From positions 3,833-67,832 of the forward strand of contig JBILSM010000004.1 in the NCBI GenBank assembly GCA_044372085.1: 64,000 nucleotides of DNA, given 5' to 3'. The notes under the pieces were generated by a model that did no database searches, had not been told where the DNA came from, and saw nothing but the letters and a program-made list of their open reading frames with translations. The stretch is from Rubrivivax sp. Its GTDB lineage: Bacteria > Pseudomonadota > Gammaproteobacteria > Burkholderiales > Burkholderiaceae_C. The position numbers and the translations under genes are program-made. This document shows positions 29,168-38,931 of this stretch, in pieces (within the stretch, counting starts at the first letter, position 1; every line of letters begins with the position of its first letter).

Positions 29168-29953
29168 TTGAAACATCATCCGATCAAGCAGACCGTGCTC
29201 GAAGGCCAGACCGTCGTGGGCGCGATGACCTTTGAGTTCTTCTCTCCGGGCATGTCTGCCATCCTGGCCCACACCGGCTGCCGCTTCGTCTTCTACGACA
29301 TGGAGCACACCGGCCTGGGCTTCGAGACGTTGAAGTGGTTGTTCTCCACCTGCCGCGGCCTGCCCATCGAGCCCATGGTGCGCGTGCCGCGCGGCGAGTA
29401 CACCTGGCTGGCCCGCGCGCTGGACCTGGGCGCCCACGGCGTCATGATCCCCATGGTGGAGTCGGCCGAACAGGCGCGCAGCATCGTCCAGGCCTGCCGC
29501 TACCCGCCGCTGGGCCGGCGCGGCGCGGCCTTCGGCTTTGCGCAGTGCGACTACCAGGGCGGGGACATCGGCCAAAAGATCCGCGATTACCACGACCGCA
29601 CCCTGGTGGTGGCCCAGATCGAGACCGAACGCGGCCTGGCCGCGGTGGAAGAGATCGCCGCGGTGGACGGCATCGACGTGCTGTGGGTGGGCCACTTCGA
29701 CCTGTCCAACTTCATGGGCATCCCGGCGCAGTTCGACAACCCCACCTTTCTGCAGGCCATGCAGCACGTAGCCGACGTGGCCAGGCGCCACGGCAAGGCC
29801 GCCGGCTTCATGGCCACCGACCCGGCCTGGGTGGACCGCGTGAAGGCCATGGGCTACACCATGCTGGCCGTGGGCACGGACGTCAGCCTGCTGGCAGACG
29901 CCACCCGGCGCCTGGTGGACCACGCCGCGGCCCCCGCCGTCAAGGAGGCCTGA
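29168..29953 (+). CDS. HpcH/HpaI-family aldolase (second copy)
   Basis: YDMEH, VRVP, LDLGA.GVMIPMV, YPPLGRRG, QIET, LWVGHFDLS. Confidence 0.88.
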   Translation: MKHHPIKQTVLEGQTVVGAMTFEFFSPGMSAILAHTGCRFVFYDMEHTGLGFETLKWLFSTCRGLPIEPMVRVPRGEYTWLARALDLGAHGVMIPMVESAEQARSIVQACRYPPLGRRGAAFGFAQCDYQGGDIGQKIRDYHDRTLVVAQIETERGLAAVEEIAAVDGIDVLWVGHFDLSNFMGIPAQFDNPTFLQAMQHVADVARRHGKAAGFMATDPAWVDRVKAMGYTMLAVGTDVSLLADATRRLVDHAAAPAVKEA

Positions 29954-29954
29954 G

Positions 29955-30947
29955 ATGCCCGGCACGCCCTTCCGTCTTGGCCTCACACGCGATCTGCTCA
30001 CCCCCACCGGGGCGCCCTCCTTCGGCATGGGTGCGCTGGAGGTGCTGAACAGCCAGCCCGACATCGAGTGGGAGTACCTGCCGGAGAGCCTGACCGAGAT
30101 CACCCCCGACGTGGCCGCGCGATACGACGGGCTGTACGTCAACTCGCCGCGGGTCACGGCCGCGAGCGTGGCCCGAGCTGACTGTCGCGCGCGCATCGTG
30201 GCGCGGCACGGCGTGGGCTACGACTCGGTGGACGTGGCCGCCCTGGCGGCGCGCGGCATCACCGTGACCAACACGCCCGTGGCCGTGCGCCGGCCGGTGG
30301 CCGTGGCCAGCCTCACGCTGATCTTCGCCCTGGCGGGCCGGCTCTTCGCCAAGGACCGGCTCACCCGCGCCGGCCGCTGGAGCGAGCGCACCGGCCACAT
30401 GGGCCTGGGCCTGACCACGCGCACCCTGGGCGTCATTGGCGCCGGTGGCATCGGGCGCGAGCTCTTGGCCCTGGCCAAGCCCTTCGGTTGGCGCATGCTG
30501 GCCGCCGACCCCTATGCCGACCCGGCCGCCCTCCGCACCCTGGGCGCCGAGCCCGTGCCGCTGGACGACATGCTGCCGCAGTGCGATTTCGTCGTGGCCA
30601 CCTGCCTGCTGAACGCCGAGACGCGCCACCTGATGAATGCGCGGCGCTTCGGCCTGATGAAGCGCGAGGCCTTCTTCATCAACATGGCGCGCGGCCCGGT
30701 GGCCGACGAAGCCGCACTCATTGAAGCACTGCGCGCGGGCACCATCGCCGGCGCCGGGCTGGACGTCTTCGAGCAAGAGCCCGTGGCCACGGACAACCCG
30801 CTGCTGACCATGGACCAGGTGATCCTCACCCCGCACGCCCTGTGCTGGACGGACGAATGCTTCGACGCGATTGCGCGGGAGGGCCTGGGCTGCATCGTGG
30901 ACTTCGCCCAGGGGCGCACGCCGCGCTCGGTGGTGCGGCCGGGGTGA
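29955..30947 (+). CDS. D-isomer-specific 2-hydroxyacid dehydrogenase (NAD-dependent)
   Basis: GVGYDSVD, TNTP, GVIGAGGIG, INMARG, GAGLDVFEQEP, LTPH. Confidence 0.92.
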   Translation: MPGTPFRLGLTRDLLTPTGAPSFGMGALEVLNSQPDIEWEYLPESLTEITPDVAARYDGLYVNSPRVTAASVARADCRARIVARHGVGYDSVDVAALAARGITVTNTPVAVRRPVAVASLTLIFALAGRLFAKDRLTRAGRWSERTGHMGLGLTTRTLGVIGAGGIGRELLALAKPFGWRMLAADPYADPAALRTLGAEPVPLDDMLPQCDFVVATCLLNAETRHLMNARRFGLMKREAFFINMARGPVADEAALIEALRAGTIAGAGLDVFEQEPVATDNPLLTMDQVILTPHALCWTDECFDAIAREGLGCIVDFAQGRTPRSVVRPG

Positions 30948-30973
30948 GGCGCCCGTTGAAGCGAACGGACGGC

Positions 30974-30993
30974 CGCGGGGCCTGAACCCCGCG
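30974..30993. terminator. GC hairpin between convergent genes
   Basis: CGCGGGG-cctgaa-CCCCGCG. Confidence 0.45.
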
Positions 30994-31007
30994 CCCCGGC
31001 TCCGGCT

Positions 31008-32336
31008 TCACAGCCCCTTCAGCACCGCCCGTATCTTGGTGATGATCTCGTCCAGGTGCTGGTCTTCGCAGACCAGCGGCGGGGCGATGATGAGGGCGTC
31101 GCCGGTGCTCTTGAGGTTCAGGCCGGCGTCGTAGAGGCGCTTTTGCGCCTCGTGACCGCGGGCGCCGGGGGTGCCGTCCACCGCCACATCCACCGCCGCC
31201 ATCATGCCCACCGAGCGGATGTCGGTAACGATGGCGCAGTCCTGCAGCGAGTGCACGGCCTCGATGAACTTCGGGCTCATGGCCGCGGCGCGTTCGATCA
31301 GGCGCTCCTTGGCGAAGATGTCCATCATCGCCAGACCGGCGGCGCAAGAAGCCGGGTGGGCCGAGTAGGTGTAGCCGTGGAAGAACTCCACGCCCTTGGC
31401 CGGGCCGGCGTCGGTGATGGTGTCGTAGATGTCCTGGCGTGCGGCCACGGCGCCCATGGGCTGCGCGCCATTGGTGATGGCCTTGGCCATGGTCAGCAGG
31501 TCCGGCTTGACGCCGAAGGCCTGGGCGCCGAAGTTGGCGCCCATGCGGCCCCAGCCGGTGATCACCTCGTCAAACACCAGCAGGATGCCCTGCTGGTCGC
31601 AGATCTCGCGCAGCCGGTTGAGGTAGCCCTTGGGCGGCGGCAGGCAGCCGAACGAGCCGGCGGTGGGCTCCACGAACACGGCGGCGATGTTCTCGCCACC
31701 GTACAGGTTGCAAAAGCGCAGCAGGTCCTCGGCCAGGTCAGCGCCGTGCTCGGGCTGGCCCTTGGCGAACTTGTTCTGCGGGATCGCCGTGTGGCGCATG
31801 TGGTGCACGCCCGCCAGCCCCAGGCCGAAGCTGCGGCGGTTGTTCACCATGCCGGCCAGGGCCACGCCGCCCATGTTCACGCCGTGGTAAGCCCGCTCGC
31901 GCGATACGAACATCTGGCGCTGCGACTGGCCCTTGATGCGGTGGTAGCCCAGCGCCATCTTCATGGCCGTGTCCACCGCCTCGGAGCCCGAGTTGGTGAA
32001 GAAGATGCGGTTCAGGCCCTCAGGGGTGTAGTGCGACACGCGCTCGGCGAGCTCAAAGGCCTTGGGGTGCGCGCGCAGGAACGGGGCGGTGAAGTCCAGG
32101 GTCTGCAGTTGCTCGTACACCGCCTGCGCAATCTCCTCGCGGCAGTGACCGGCAGCCACGCAGAACAGGCCGGCCGAGGCGTCGATGACCTCCTGCCCCT
32201 CAGGCGTGTAGAAGTACATGCCCTTGGCGCGGGCAAACATCCTGGGCTCGGCCTTGAACTCCTTGTTGGGGGAAAACGGCATCCAGTACGGCTGCATCGT
32301 GGCGGCGGCTTGCGCTTGCGGTTCGGCATGTCCCAT
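31008..32336 (-). CDS. Omega-amino acid:pyruvate aminotransferase (class III PLP; beta-alanine type)
   Basis: YWMPF, FTNSGSEAVDTA, RERAYHG, VFDEVITGWGR, TMAKAITNG, HGYTYSAHP. Confidence 0.92.
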   Translation of the reverse strand: MGHAEPQAQAAATMQPYWMPFSPNKEFKAEPRMFARAKGMYFYTPEGQEVIDASAGLFCVAAGHCREEIAQAVYEQLQTLDFTAPFLRAHPKAFELAERVSHYTPEGLNRIFFTNSGSEAVDTAMKMALGYHRIKGQSQRQMFVSRERAYHGVNMGGVALAGMVNNRRSFGLGLAGVHHMRHTAIPQNKFAKGQPEHGADLAEDLLRFCNLYGGENIAAVFVEPTAGSFGCLPPPKGYLNRLREICDQQGILLVFDEVITGWGRMGANFGAQAFGVKPDLLTMAKAITNGAQPMGAVAARQDIYDTITDAGPAKGVEFFHGYTYSAHPASCAAGLAMMDIFAKERLIERAAAMSPKFIEAVHSLQDCAIVTDIRSVGMMAAVDVAVDGTPGARGHEAQKRLYDAGLNLKSTGDALIIAPPLVCEDQHLDEIITKIRAVLKGL

Positions 32337-32437
32337 GGCGTCTGCTCCTGAAAATGAATGGAGGTTGGAGATGTGCGGAGGAAGGGCTGACGCCGATTCT
32401 CGGCCAGCGCCGCCGCCTCTCGATATGCATGCGCAAA

Positions 32438-32469
32438 CTGGCACTACGAATCGCCGCTGTCTGGCACCA
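32438..32469. promoter_or_regulatory. Direct repeat CTGGCACYA, candidate MocR-family operator
   Basis: CTGGCACTA (32438-32446) and CTGGCACCA (32461-32469), 23 bp apart, upstream of the aminotransferase. Confidence 0.5.
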
Positions 32470-32644
32470 TGTAAATGACCCTTCACGCGCGCCCGACCAT
32501 CGCCTAGGGCGACGTGCAGACGGGCGGGGCGCTGATCGCGCGCACCGGCTCAGGCGTGATCGACCAGCGTCCGCTGGAACGCACCAGCATCAAGCGCGAT
32601 GGGCTGCAGTGGTGCATCGGACGTTCGCCAAGCCTCAGCCGGGC

Positions 32645-32660
32645 TGGCACAAGGCTTGCT
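32645..32660 (+). promoter_or_regulatory. Sigma-54 promoter of the TRAP operon
   Basis: TGGCACAAGGCTTGCT is an exact GG-N10-GC consensus match, 36 bp before the ATG; GCACC/GGTGCA half-sites at about 32540-32616. Confidence 0.8.
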
Positions 32661-32696
32661 TAGAACTGACCAGTCGTTCAACTCTGGAGCCTTCTC

Positions 32697-33791
32697 ATGC
32701 CTTCGAACCGTCGTTCATTCGTCGCCCGTGGCCTTGCGGCCGGGGCTGGCGGCGCCGCACTCGGCCTGCCCTCCATCGTGGCCGCGCAGCAGACCTTCAA
32801 CTGGAAGATGACCAGCGCCTACGCCAAGGGCGCGCCGTTCTACATGGATGGGCCTGGCAGCGCCACCGACCTGGCCAAACGCATCGACACGATGTCCGGC
32901 GGGCGCCTGAAGATCCAGGTGTTCGGCGCCGGTGAACTGATCCCTGCCTTCGAAGGCTTCGATGCCGTGCGTGCAGGCACGGTGGAGATGAACCACGCCA
33001 ACAGCTACTTCTGGACCGGCAAGACCTTCGCCGCCCAGTACTTCACCGCCGTGCCTTTCGGGCTGAACTTCCAGGGCATGAACGGTTGGCTGTATGACGG
33101 CGGCGGCATCGATCTCTGGAACGAGGTTTACGCGCCTTTCGGCATGGTCGCCATGCCTTGCGGCAACACGGGCGTGCAGATGACCGGATGGTTCAAGAAG
33201 GAGGTCAACAGCGTGGCCGATCTCAAGGGCCTGAAGATGCGCATCCCGGGTCTGGCGGGCAAGGTCTACGCCAACCTGGGCGTGGACGTGAAGGTGCTGC
33301 CGGGCGGCGAGATCTTCCCCGCGCTGGAGCGTGGCGTGATCGACGCGGCTGAATTCGTGGGCCCGTTCCAGGACCGCCGCCTGGGCCTGCACAAGGCGGC
33401 CAAGTTCTACTACACCACGGGTTGGCACGAGTCGGCCACCGTGTCGGAGTTGCTCATCAACAAGGCCGCGTGGAGCAAGCTGCCCAAGGACCTGCAAGCC
33501 ATCGTGGAAAACGCCTCGGCCGCCTGCAACGTGATCAGCGAGGGCTGGTGCCAGAAGGCCAACTCCGACGCGATGGAAGACCTCATCAAGAACCAGAAGG
33601 TGATCGCCAAACCCCTGCCCGACACGGTGATCGCCGCCCTGCGCCGGGAGACCGAGAAGGTGCTCGCCGAGGGCATCGCCAAGGATCCGCTCACCAGGAA
33701 GGTGCACGACTCCTACTTCGCCTTCAAGGCCAAGTACGACAGGTGGCAGGAAGTCAGCGAGGAGGCTTACCACCTCAAGGTGCGTGGCTGA
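32697..33791 (+). CDS. TRAP transporter substrate-binding protein (DctP/TakP-like, Tat signal)
   Basis: NRRSFV Tat motif, SGGRLKI.VFGAGEL, GNTGVQMTGWFKKE, LKMRIPG, ALERGVIDAAEFVGP. Confidence 0.93.
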   Translation: MPSNRRSFVARGLAAGAGGAALGLPSIVAAQQTFNWKMTSAYAKGAPFYMDGPGSATDLAKRIDTMSGGRLKIQVFGAGELIPAFEGFDAVRAGTVEMNHANSYFWTGKTFAAQYFTAVPFGLNFQGMNGWLYDGGGIDLWNEVYAPFGMVAMPCGNTGVQMTGWFKKEVNSVADLKGLKMRIPGLAGKVYANLGVDVKVLPGGEIFPALERGVIDAAEFVGPFQDRRLGLHKAAKFYYTTGWHESATVSELLINKAAWSKLPKDLQAIVENASAACNVISEGWCQKANSDAMEDLIKNQKVIAKPLPDTVIAALRRETEKVLAEGIAKDPLTRKVHDSYFAFKAKYDRWQEVSEEAYHLKVRG

Positions 33792-34314
33792 CCCGAAAGC
33801 CCTGCGGCCCGGGACAGCGGCAGGCGTGGCTGGCGCCATCGAAAAGCTCATCGACGGCATTGGCAGCATCATCCTTTGGGTGACGCTGGCCATGATCGCG
33901 CTGGTGGCCACCAACGTGCTGTTGCGCTACAGCCTGAGCCTGGGCTCGGTGTGGTCGCAGGAACTGGAATGGCACCTGCTGGCCACGCTGATCCTGTTCG
34001 GCATGAGCTACGCGCTGCAGCGCGGTGACAACGTGCGGGTGGACCTGTTCTACGCCCACCACTCGCCGCGGACCAAGCTGGTGGTGGATGTCGCCTCGGC
34101 CCTGCTGACGCTGGCGGTGGCCCTCATCTTCATCAAGCTGTCCTGGGCTTACGTGGGTCAGTCGTTCTCCATCGACGAGAAGTCGGCCGACCCCGGTGGC
34201 ATTCCCCATCGGTGGGTGCTCAAGGCCATGATTCCCTTGGGCTTTGCGCTGCTGGCCCTGCAGGCGTTGGCCGAACTGATCCGCGTGTGGACCGCACGGC
34301 CCACCCCTACCTGA
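33784..34314 (+). CDS. TRAP transporter small permease (DctQ)
   Basis: 4 TM helices, QELEWHL, NVRVDLFY. Confidence 0.9.
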   Translation: MADPKALRPGTAAGVAGAIEKLIDGIGSIILWVTLAMIALVATNVLLRYSLSLGSVWSQELEWHLLATLILFGMSYALQRGDNVRVDLFYAHHSPRTKLVVDVASALLTLAVALIFIKLSWAYVGQSFSIDEKSADPGGIPHRWVLKAMIPLGFALLALQALAELIRVWTARPTPT

Positions 34315-34324
34315 GCACTCCGGC

Positions 34325-35650
34325 ATGTTCGAGACCCAGACCCTGGCCATCCTGATGTTGGTGGCCTTCTTCGCGCTGCTCATGATCGGCGTGCCGGTGG
34401 CCATCACGCTGGCCACCGTGGGCTTCGTGTTCGGCTGGCTGGGCTTCGGCGACACGCTGTTCAACCTGCTGCCCGCGCGCGTGTTCGGCGTCGTCGCCGG
34501 CTACCAGTGGATGTCGATCCCGTTGTTCGTCTTCATGGGGGTGATGCTGGAGAAGTCACGCCTGGCCGACGATCTGCTCGATGTCATGGGCCACCTGGCC
34601 GGCGGCGTGCGTGGCGGTATGGGCGTGGGCATCATCCTGTTCGGCGTGCTGATGGGCGCCACCACCGGCATCGTCGGCGCCACCGTCATCACACTGGGCC
34701 TGCTGACGCTGCCTACTCTGATCCGGCGCGGGTACGACAAGGGGATTGCCTGCGGTGCCATCTGCGCCTCGGGCACGCTGGGGCAGATCATTCCGCCCAG
34801 CCTGATCCTCATCCTGCTGTCGGACATCATGCAGTTGTCGGTGGGCACACTGTTCGCCGCGGCGGTGGGCCCCGGTCTGCTGCTGGCAGGCGTCTACATC
34901 GTGTACCTGCTGATCCGGGGTTGGATGTCGCCTCACCTGATGCCGGCCCTGCCGGCGGACGAGCGCAGCCAGGTCAGCCGGCGCGAATTGGCCATCCGCT
35001 TCTGGAAGGTGGTGGTGCCGCCCATCCTGCTGGTGGTGGCCGTGCTCGGCTCCATCGTCGGGGGTGTGGCGGCGCCCACCGAGGCCGCGTCGATGGGCGC
35101 CGTGGGCTCGGTGCTGATCACGGTGTTCAGCCGCCGCTTCAGCTTCAAGATCCTGAGGACGGTGGCGCTGGAGACCACCAAGATCACCGCCATGATGATG
35201 TTCATCCTGATCATGGCGCAAGTCTTCGCGCTGGCCTTCCGCGGCCTGCACGGCGAAGACCTGATCACCCGCATGTTCGAGTGGCTGCCGGGCGGGGTGA
35301 ACAGCGACATCTGGTTCATGATGATGATCATCTTCGTGCTCGGCTTCTTCATCGAGTGGATCGAGATCAGCTACATCGCGGTGCCGTTGTTCATGCCGGT
35401 GCTGCTGTCGCAGGGCGTGGATCCGATCTGGCTGGCCATGCTGATCACCGTGAACCTGCAGTCGTCCTTTCTCACGCCGCCCTTTGGCTGGGCCCTGTTC
35501 TACCTGAAGGGGGTGGCCCCGCCAGAGGTGACGATCAAGGACATCTACAGGGGGGTGGTGCCCTTCATCGCCATGCAGGGGGTGGCGTTGACGCTGGTGT
35601 TCTTCTACCCGCAGATTGCGCTGTGGCTGCCCAAGGCCATAGGGTGGTGA
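34325..35650 (+). CDS. TRAP transporter large permease (DctM)
   Basis: SIPLFVFMG, ATTGIVGA, ASGTLGQIIPPS, PTEAASMG, FLTPPFG. Confidence 0.94.
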   Translation: MFETQTLAILMLVAFFALLMIGVPVAITLATVGFVFGWLGFGDTLFNLLPARVFGVVAGYQWMSIPLFVFMGVMLEKSRLADDLLDVMGHLAGGVRGGMGVGIILFGVLMGATTGIVGATVITLGLLTLPTLIRRGYDKGIACGAICASGTLGQIIPPSLILILLSDIMQLSVGTLFAAAVGPGLLLAGVYIVYLLIRGWMSPHLMPALPADERSQVSRRELAIRFWKVVVPPILLVVAVLGSIVGGVAAPTEAASMGAVGSVLITVFSRRFSFKILRTVALETTKITAMMMFILIMAQVFALAFRGLHGEDLITRMFEWLPGGVNSDIWFMMMIIFVLGFFIEWIEISYIAVPLFMPVLLSQGVDPIWLAMLITVNLQSSFLTPPFGWALFYLKGVAPPEVTIKDIYRGVVPFIAMQGVALTLVFFYPQIALWLPKAIGW

Positions 35651-35754
35651 TGGACGTGGCCGCCTGACTCGGTTCGTCGTTCTTTCGATCGGGGTCGCCG
35701 CGGCGGCCACGCGCCGCAGCGGGTTTCGTAAGCGGCAGCGCTAGACTGATCTTC

Positions 35755-37287
35755 ATGCGCAGCTCCCAGCATTTCCAGTGGGCCCAGCTCCTGGCCCTGC
35801 CCGAGCACCCGGCACTGCCCTTGCAGGCGCGCTTGCGGCTTGCAGTGGTGAACGCCATCCTGGAGGGCCGGCTGCCTGCGGGTTCTCCCCTGCCGTCCTC
35901 GCGCGAACTGGCGCGGCTGCTGGGCATCAGCCGCAATACCGTCACCGCCGCCTATGAGCAGCTGGTGAACGAAGCCTTCTTGCGGGTGCGCCCGCGCAGC
36001 GGAGTCTTCGTGGCCGAAGGCATCAGGCTCGCCGCAACGCCCCACACGCCCACGCCTGCGCCACGCAGTGCCACCGGCCAGGCACCGGACTGGCCCGGCC
36101 GGGTACGCCGCTCGCTGGCCCGCCAGCCCACGCTGAGCAAGCCACCGCAATGGCGCCAGTACCCCTATCCCTTCGTCTACGGCGATTACGACCCGGAACT
36201 CTTCCCCACAGAAGACTTCCGCGAATGCTGCTCGCGCAGCCTGGCCCGGGCGCAACTTCGGCACTGGACACCAGACTTCGAAACCGATGACGTGCCCGAG
36301 CTGGTGGAGCAGATCCGCTTGCGCCTGCTGCCCCGGCGCGGCGTGTTCGCGCTGCCCGAGGAAATCCTCGTCACCGTGGGGGCCCAGCATGCCTACCACC
36401 TGCTGGCCGAGGGCCTGATGGACGCGCACACCCGCGTAGGACTGGAGGAGCCGGGCCACCCGCACGCGCGCAACACCTTCAGCCTGCGCCAGCCGCAGTT
36501 CTTGCCGGCCCCGGTGGACGACCAGGGGGTGCAGCCCGACCGGCTGCCGCCGCTGGACTACCTCTTCGTCACACCCTCGCACCAGAGCCCCACCACGGCC
36601 ACCCTGGGCCTGCAGCGCCGCAGCGAACTGCTGGCGCGCGCCGAACGGGACGACTTCGTGCTGATCGAAGACGACTACGAGGCCGAGAACCTGTTCGTCG
36701 GCTCTCCCATGCCCGCCCTCAAGAGCATGGACCAGGGCGGACGCGTCATCTACGTGGGCTCGCTTTCCAAGAGCCTGTCGCCTGCCCTGCGTCTGGCCTA
36801 CATCGTCGCCCCGCGCGCGCTCATTGCCGAGCTGCGGCTGCTGCGCCATGCCATGGTGCGCCACCCCAGCACCCTCTTGCAGCAGGCCTACGCGCTGTTC
36901 TTGTCCCTGGGGCATCACGAATCGCATGCGCGCCGGGTGAACGCGGCGCTGCAGGAGCGCCTGGCCGTGCTGGCGCAGGCGCTGCGGGCGTTCATGCCGG
37001 ACTTCCATTTCGAATTGCCGCAGGGGGGCGCTTCGGTCTGGGTGTCCGGGCCGTCCTGGGTGGACGCCGCAGAGCTGGCCCAGATGGCGCGCGGCCAAGG
37101 CGTGCTGATCGAACCCGGGGACGTGTTCTTCATCAGCCCCCCCTACCCCTGCCGCCACTTCCGCCTGCGCCTGTCGTCCATCCCGGCCGGGCAGATCGCC
37201 GCGGGCGTGCGTGCACTGTCGCTGGCTGCGGATGAGCTGGCCCGGGCCCGCGGCGCCACCCGCCGCGCTACCCCGCCACTGCACTGA
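35755..37287 (+). CDS. MocR/GabR-family PLP-dependent transcriptional regulator
   Basis: LPSSRELARLLGISRNTV..AYEQL wHTH; TPSHQSPT, IEDDYE, GSLSKSLSPALRL. Confidence 0.93.
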   Translation: MRSSQHFQWAQLLALPEHPALPLQARLRLAVVNAILEGRLPAGSPLPSSRELARLLGISRNTVTAAYEQLVNEAFLRVRPRSGVFVAEGIRLAATPHTPTPAPRSATGQAPDWPGRVRRSLARQPTLSKPPQWRQYPYPFVYGDYDPELFPTEDFRECCSRSLARAQLRHWTPDFETDDVPELVEQIRLRLLPRRGVFALPEEILVTVGAQHAYHLLAEGLMDAHTRVGLEEPGHPHARNTFSLRQPQFLPAPVDDQGVQPDRLPPLDYLFVTPSHQSPTTATLGLQRRSELLARAERDDFVLIEDDYEAENLFVGSPMPALKSMDQGGRVIYVGSLSKSLSPALRLAYIVAPRALIAELRLLRHAMVRHPSTLLQQAYALFLSLGHHESHARRVNAALQERLAVLAQALRAFMPDFHFELPQGGASVWVSGPSWVDAAELAQMARGQGVLIEPGDVFFISPPYPCRHFRLRLSSIPAGQIAAGVRALSLAADELARARGATRRATPPLH

Positions 37288-37352
37288 AGGGCACGCGACC
37301 CACGCGCTGCGCTCCACGTGACGCCCCGACCCTTGCCCCTTCAACCACGGCC

Positions 37353-38630
37353 ATGCCCGTGACCTGGCGCCTGCCCATCCTGCGCTGGCAGGACGAATGG
37401 CGCCAGCCGGGGGGCCTGCGGGCCGACCTGCTGGCCGGCCTGACGGGCGCCGTGGTGGTGCTGCCCCAGGGCGTGGCCTTTGCCACGCTGGCCGGCATGC
37501 CGCCGCAGTACGGCCTGTATGCGGCCATGGTGCCCTGCATCGTGGCGGCCCTGTTCGGCTCCAGCCGGCTGATGGTCACGGGGCCGGCCAACGCCATCTC
37601 GCTGACCACCATGGCGCTCATCGCGCCGCTGGCCGTGGTGGGCAGCGCGCGCTATGTGGAGCTGGTGCTGACGCTCACCTTCCTGGTGGGCGTGATGCAG
37701 GTGCTGCTGGGCCTGGCACGGGCCGGCGCCCTGGTGGAGAAGGTGCCGCACTCGGTGGTGGTGGGCTTCACCGCCGGCGCCGCCGTGCTGATCGCCAACA
37801 GCCAGATCAGCCCGTTCCTGGGCCTGGCACTGCCACGGGGCCAGCCGGTGTTCGACAACCTGCGCGCCGCCCTGTCCTCCATCGGCCAAACGCAGCCCAT
37901 GGCCGTGCTGGCCGGTGCCAGCACCATCGTGCTGGCCGTGCTGGCGCGGCCCTGGAACCGCATCGTGCCGGCCATGCTGGTGGCCGTGGTGGGAGCCACC
38001 CTCGTCACGCTGGGCGCAGGCCTGGTCTGGCCCGGCACCGGCCCGCTGCCCACCGTCAGCGCCCTGCCGGGAGCGCTGCCCCCGCTGTCCTGGCCCGACC
38101 TGTCTCTCGACACCGTGCGCGCCTTGTTCGGCGCCACCCTGGTGATGACACTGCTGGCGCTGACCGAGGCCGCGGCCATCGCGCGCAGCGTGGCCCGCGC
38201 CCGTGGCGACACGCTGGACGGCAACCAGGAGTTCATCGGCCAGGGCCTGGCCAACCTGGCGGGCTCGTTCTTCTCGGCCTACCCCGCCAGCGGATCGTTC
38301 AACCGCTCGGGGGTGAACGTCGCCTCGGGCGCGCGCAGCCCCTTGTCCGCGGTGGCCGCGGCCCTGTTCCTGGTGATGCTGCTGGCCTTCGTCGGCCCGC
38401 TGGCGAAGTACCTGCCGCTGGCCGTGATTTCCGGTCTGCTGATGGTGGTGGCGTGGGGCCTGATCGACCGCCGCGAGATCGCCCACCTCTGGCACCAGGG
38501 CACGAGCGAACGCGTGCCCCTGTGCGTGACCGCCGTGGCCACGGTGACGCTGTCGCTGGAGTGGGCCATCCTGCTGGGCCTCACCAGCGCGATGCTGGTG
38601 CGGGCCTGGGCACGTCGCGGGGCGGGCTGA
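37353..38630 (+). CDS. SulP/SLC26 anion transporter lacking the STAS domain
   Basis: DLLAGLTGAVVVLPQGVAFA, PQYGLY, GP, NQEFIGQGLAN, SGSFNRS; stops right after the last TM helix (425 aa). Confidence 0.88.
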   Translation: MPVTWRLPILRWQDEWRQPGGLRADLLAGLTGAVVVLPQGVAFATLAGMPPQYGLYAAMVPCIVAALFGSSRLMVTGPANAISLTTMALIAPLAVVGSARYVELVLTLTFLVGVMQVLLGLARAGALVEKVPHSVVVGFTAGAAVLIANSQISPFLGLALPRGQPVFDNLRAALSSIGQTQPMAVLAGASTIVLAVLARPWNRIVPAMLVAVVGATLVTLGAGLVWPGTGPLPTVSALPGALPPLSWPDLSLDTVRALFGATLVMTLLALTEAAAIARSVARARGDTLDGNQEFIGQGLANLAGSFFSAYPASGSFNRSGVNVASGARSPLSAVAAALFLVMLLAFVGPLAKYLPLAVISGLLMVVAWGLIDRREIAHLWHQGTSERVPLCVTAVATVTLSLEWAILLGLTSAMLVRAWARRGAG

Positions 38631-38640
38631 CCAAGTCAGG

Positions 38641-38931
38641 TCAGCGCAGGCTGGCCTGCACCTCACCCTTGAGCTTGATCAGCAGCGGCCGGCCGCGCCG
38701 GTCCAGCGTCTTGCCGGCGGGCACCTTGATCCAACCCTCGCTGAGGCAGTACTCCTCCACATCGAAGCGCTCCTTGCCGTTGAACAGGATGGTGATCCCG
38801 CGCTCCAGAAGATCGGCAGCGAAGTGCGGGCTGCGCGGGTCCACCGACAGGCGGTCCGGGAGGGCGTGCGCAGCGTCACCGGCTTGGGCGGAACTGCCTG
38901 GGTCAGAAGGCGTGGAACGGGGTTCGGTCAT
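38641..38931 (-). CDS. DUF3297 family protein
   Basis: LPDRLSVDPRSP, FNGKER.DVEEYC.SEGWI, DRRGRP..IKLKG.V. Confidence 0.88.
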   Translation of the reverse strand: MTEPRSTPSDPGSSAQAGDAAHALPDRLSVDPRSPHFAADLLERGITILFNGKERFDVEEYCLSEGWIKVPAGKTLDRRGRPLLIKLKGEVQASLR

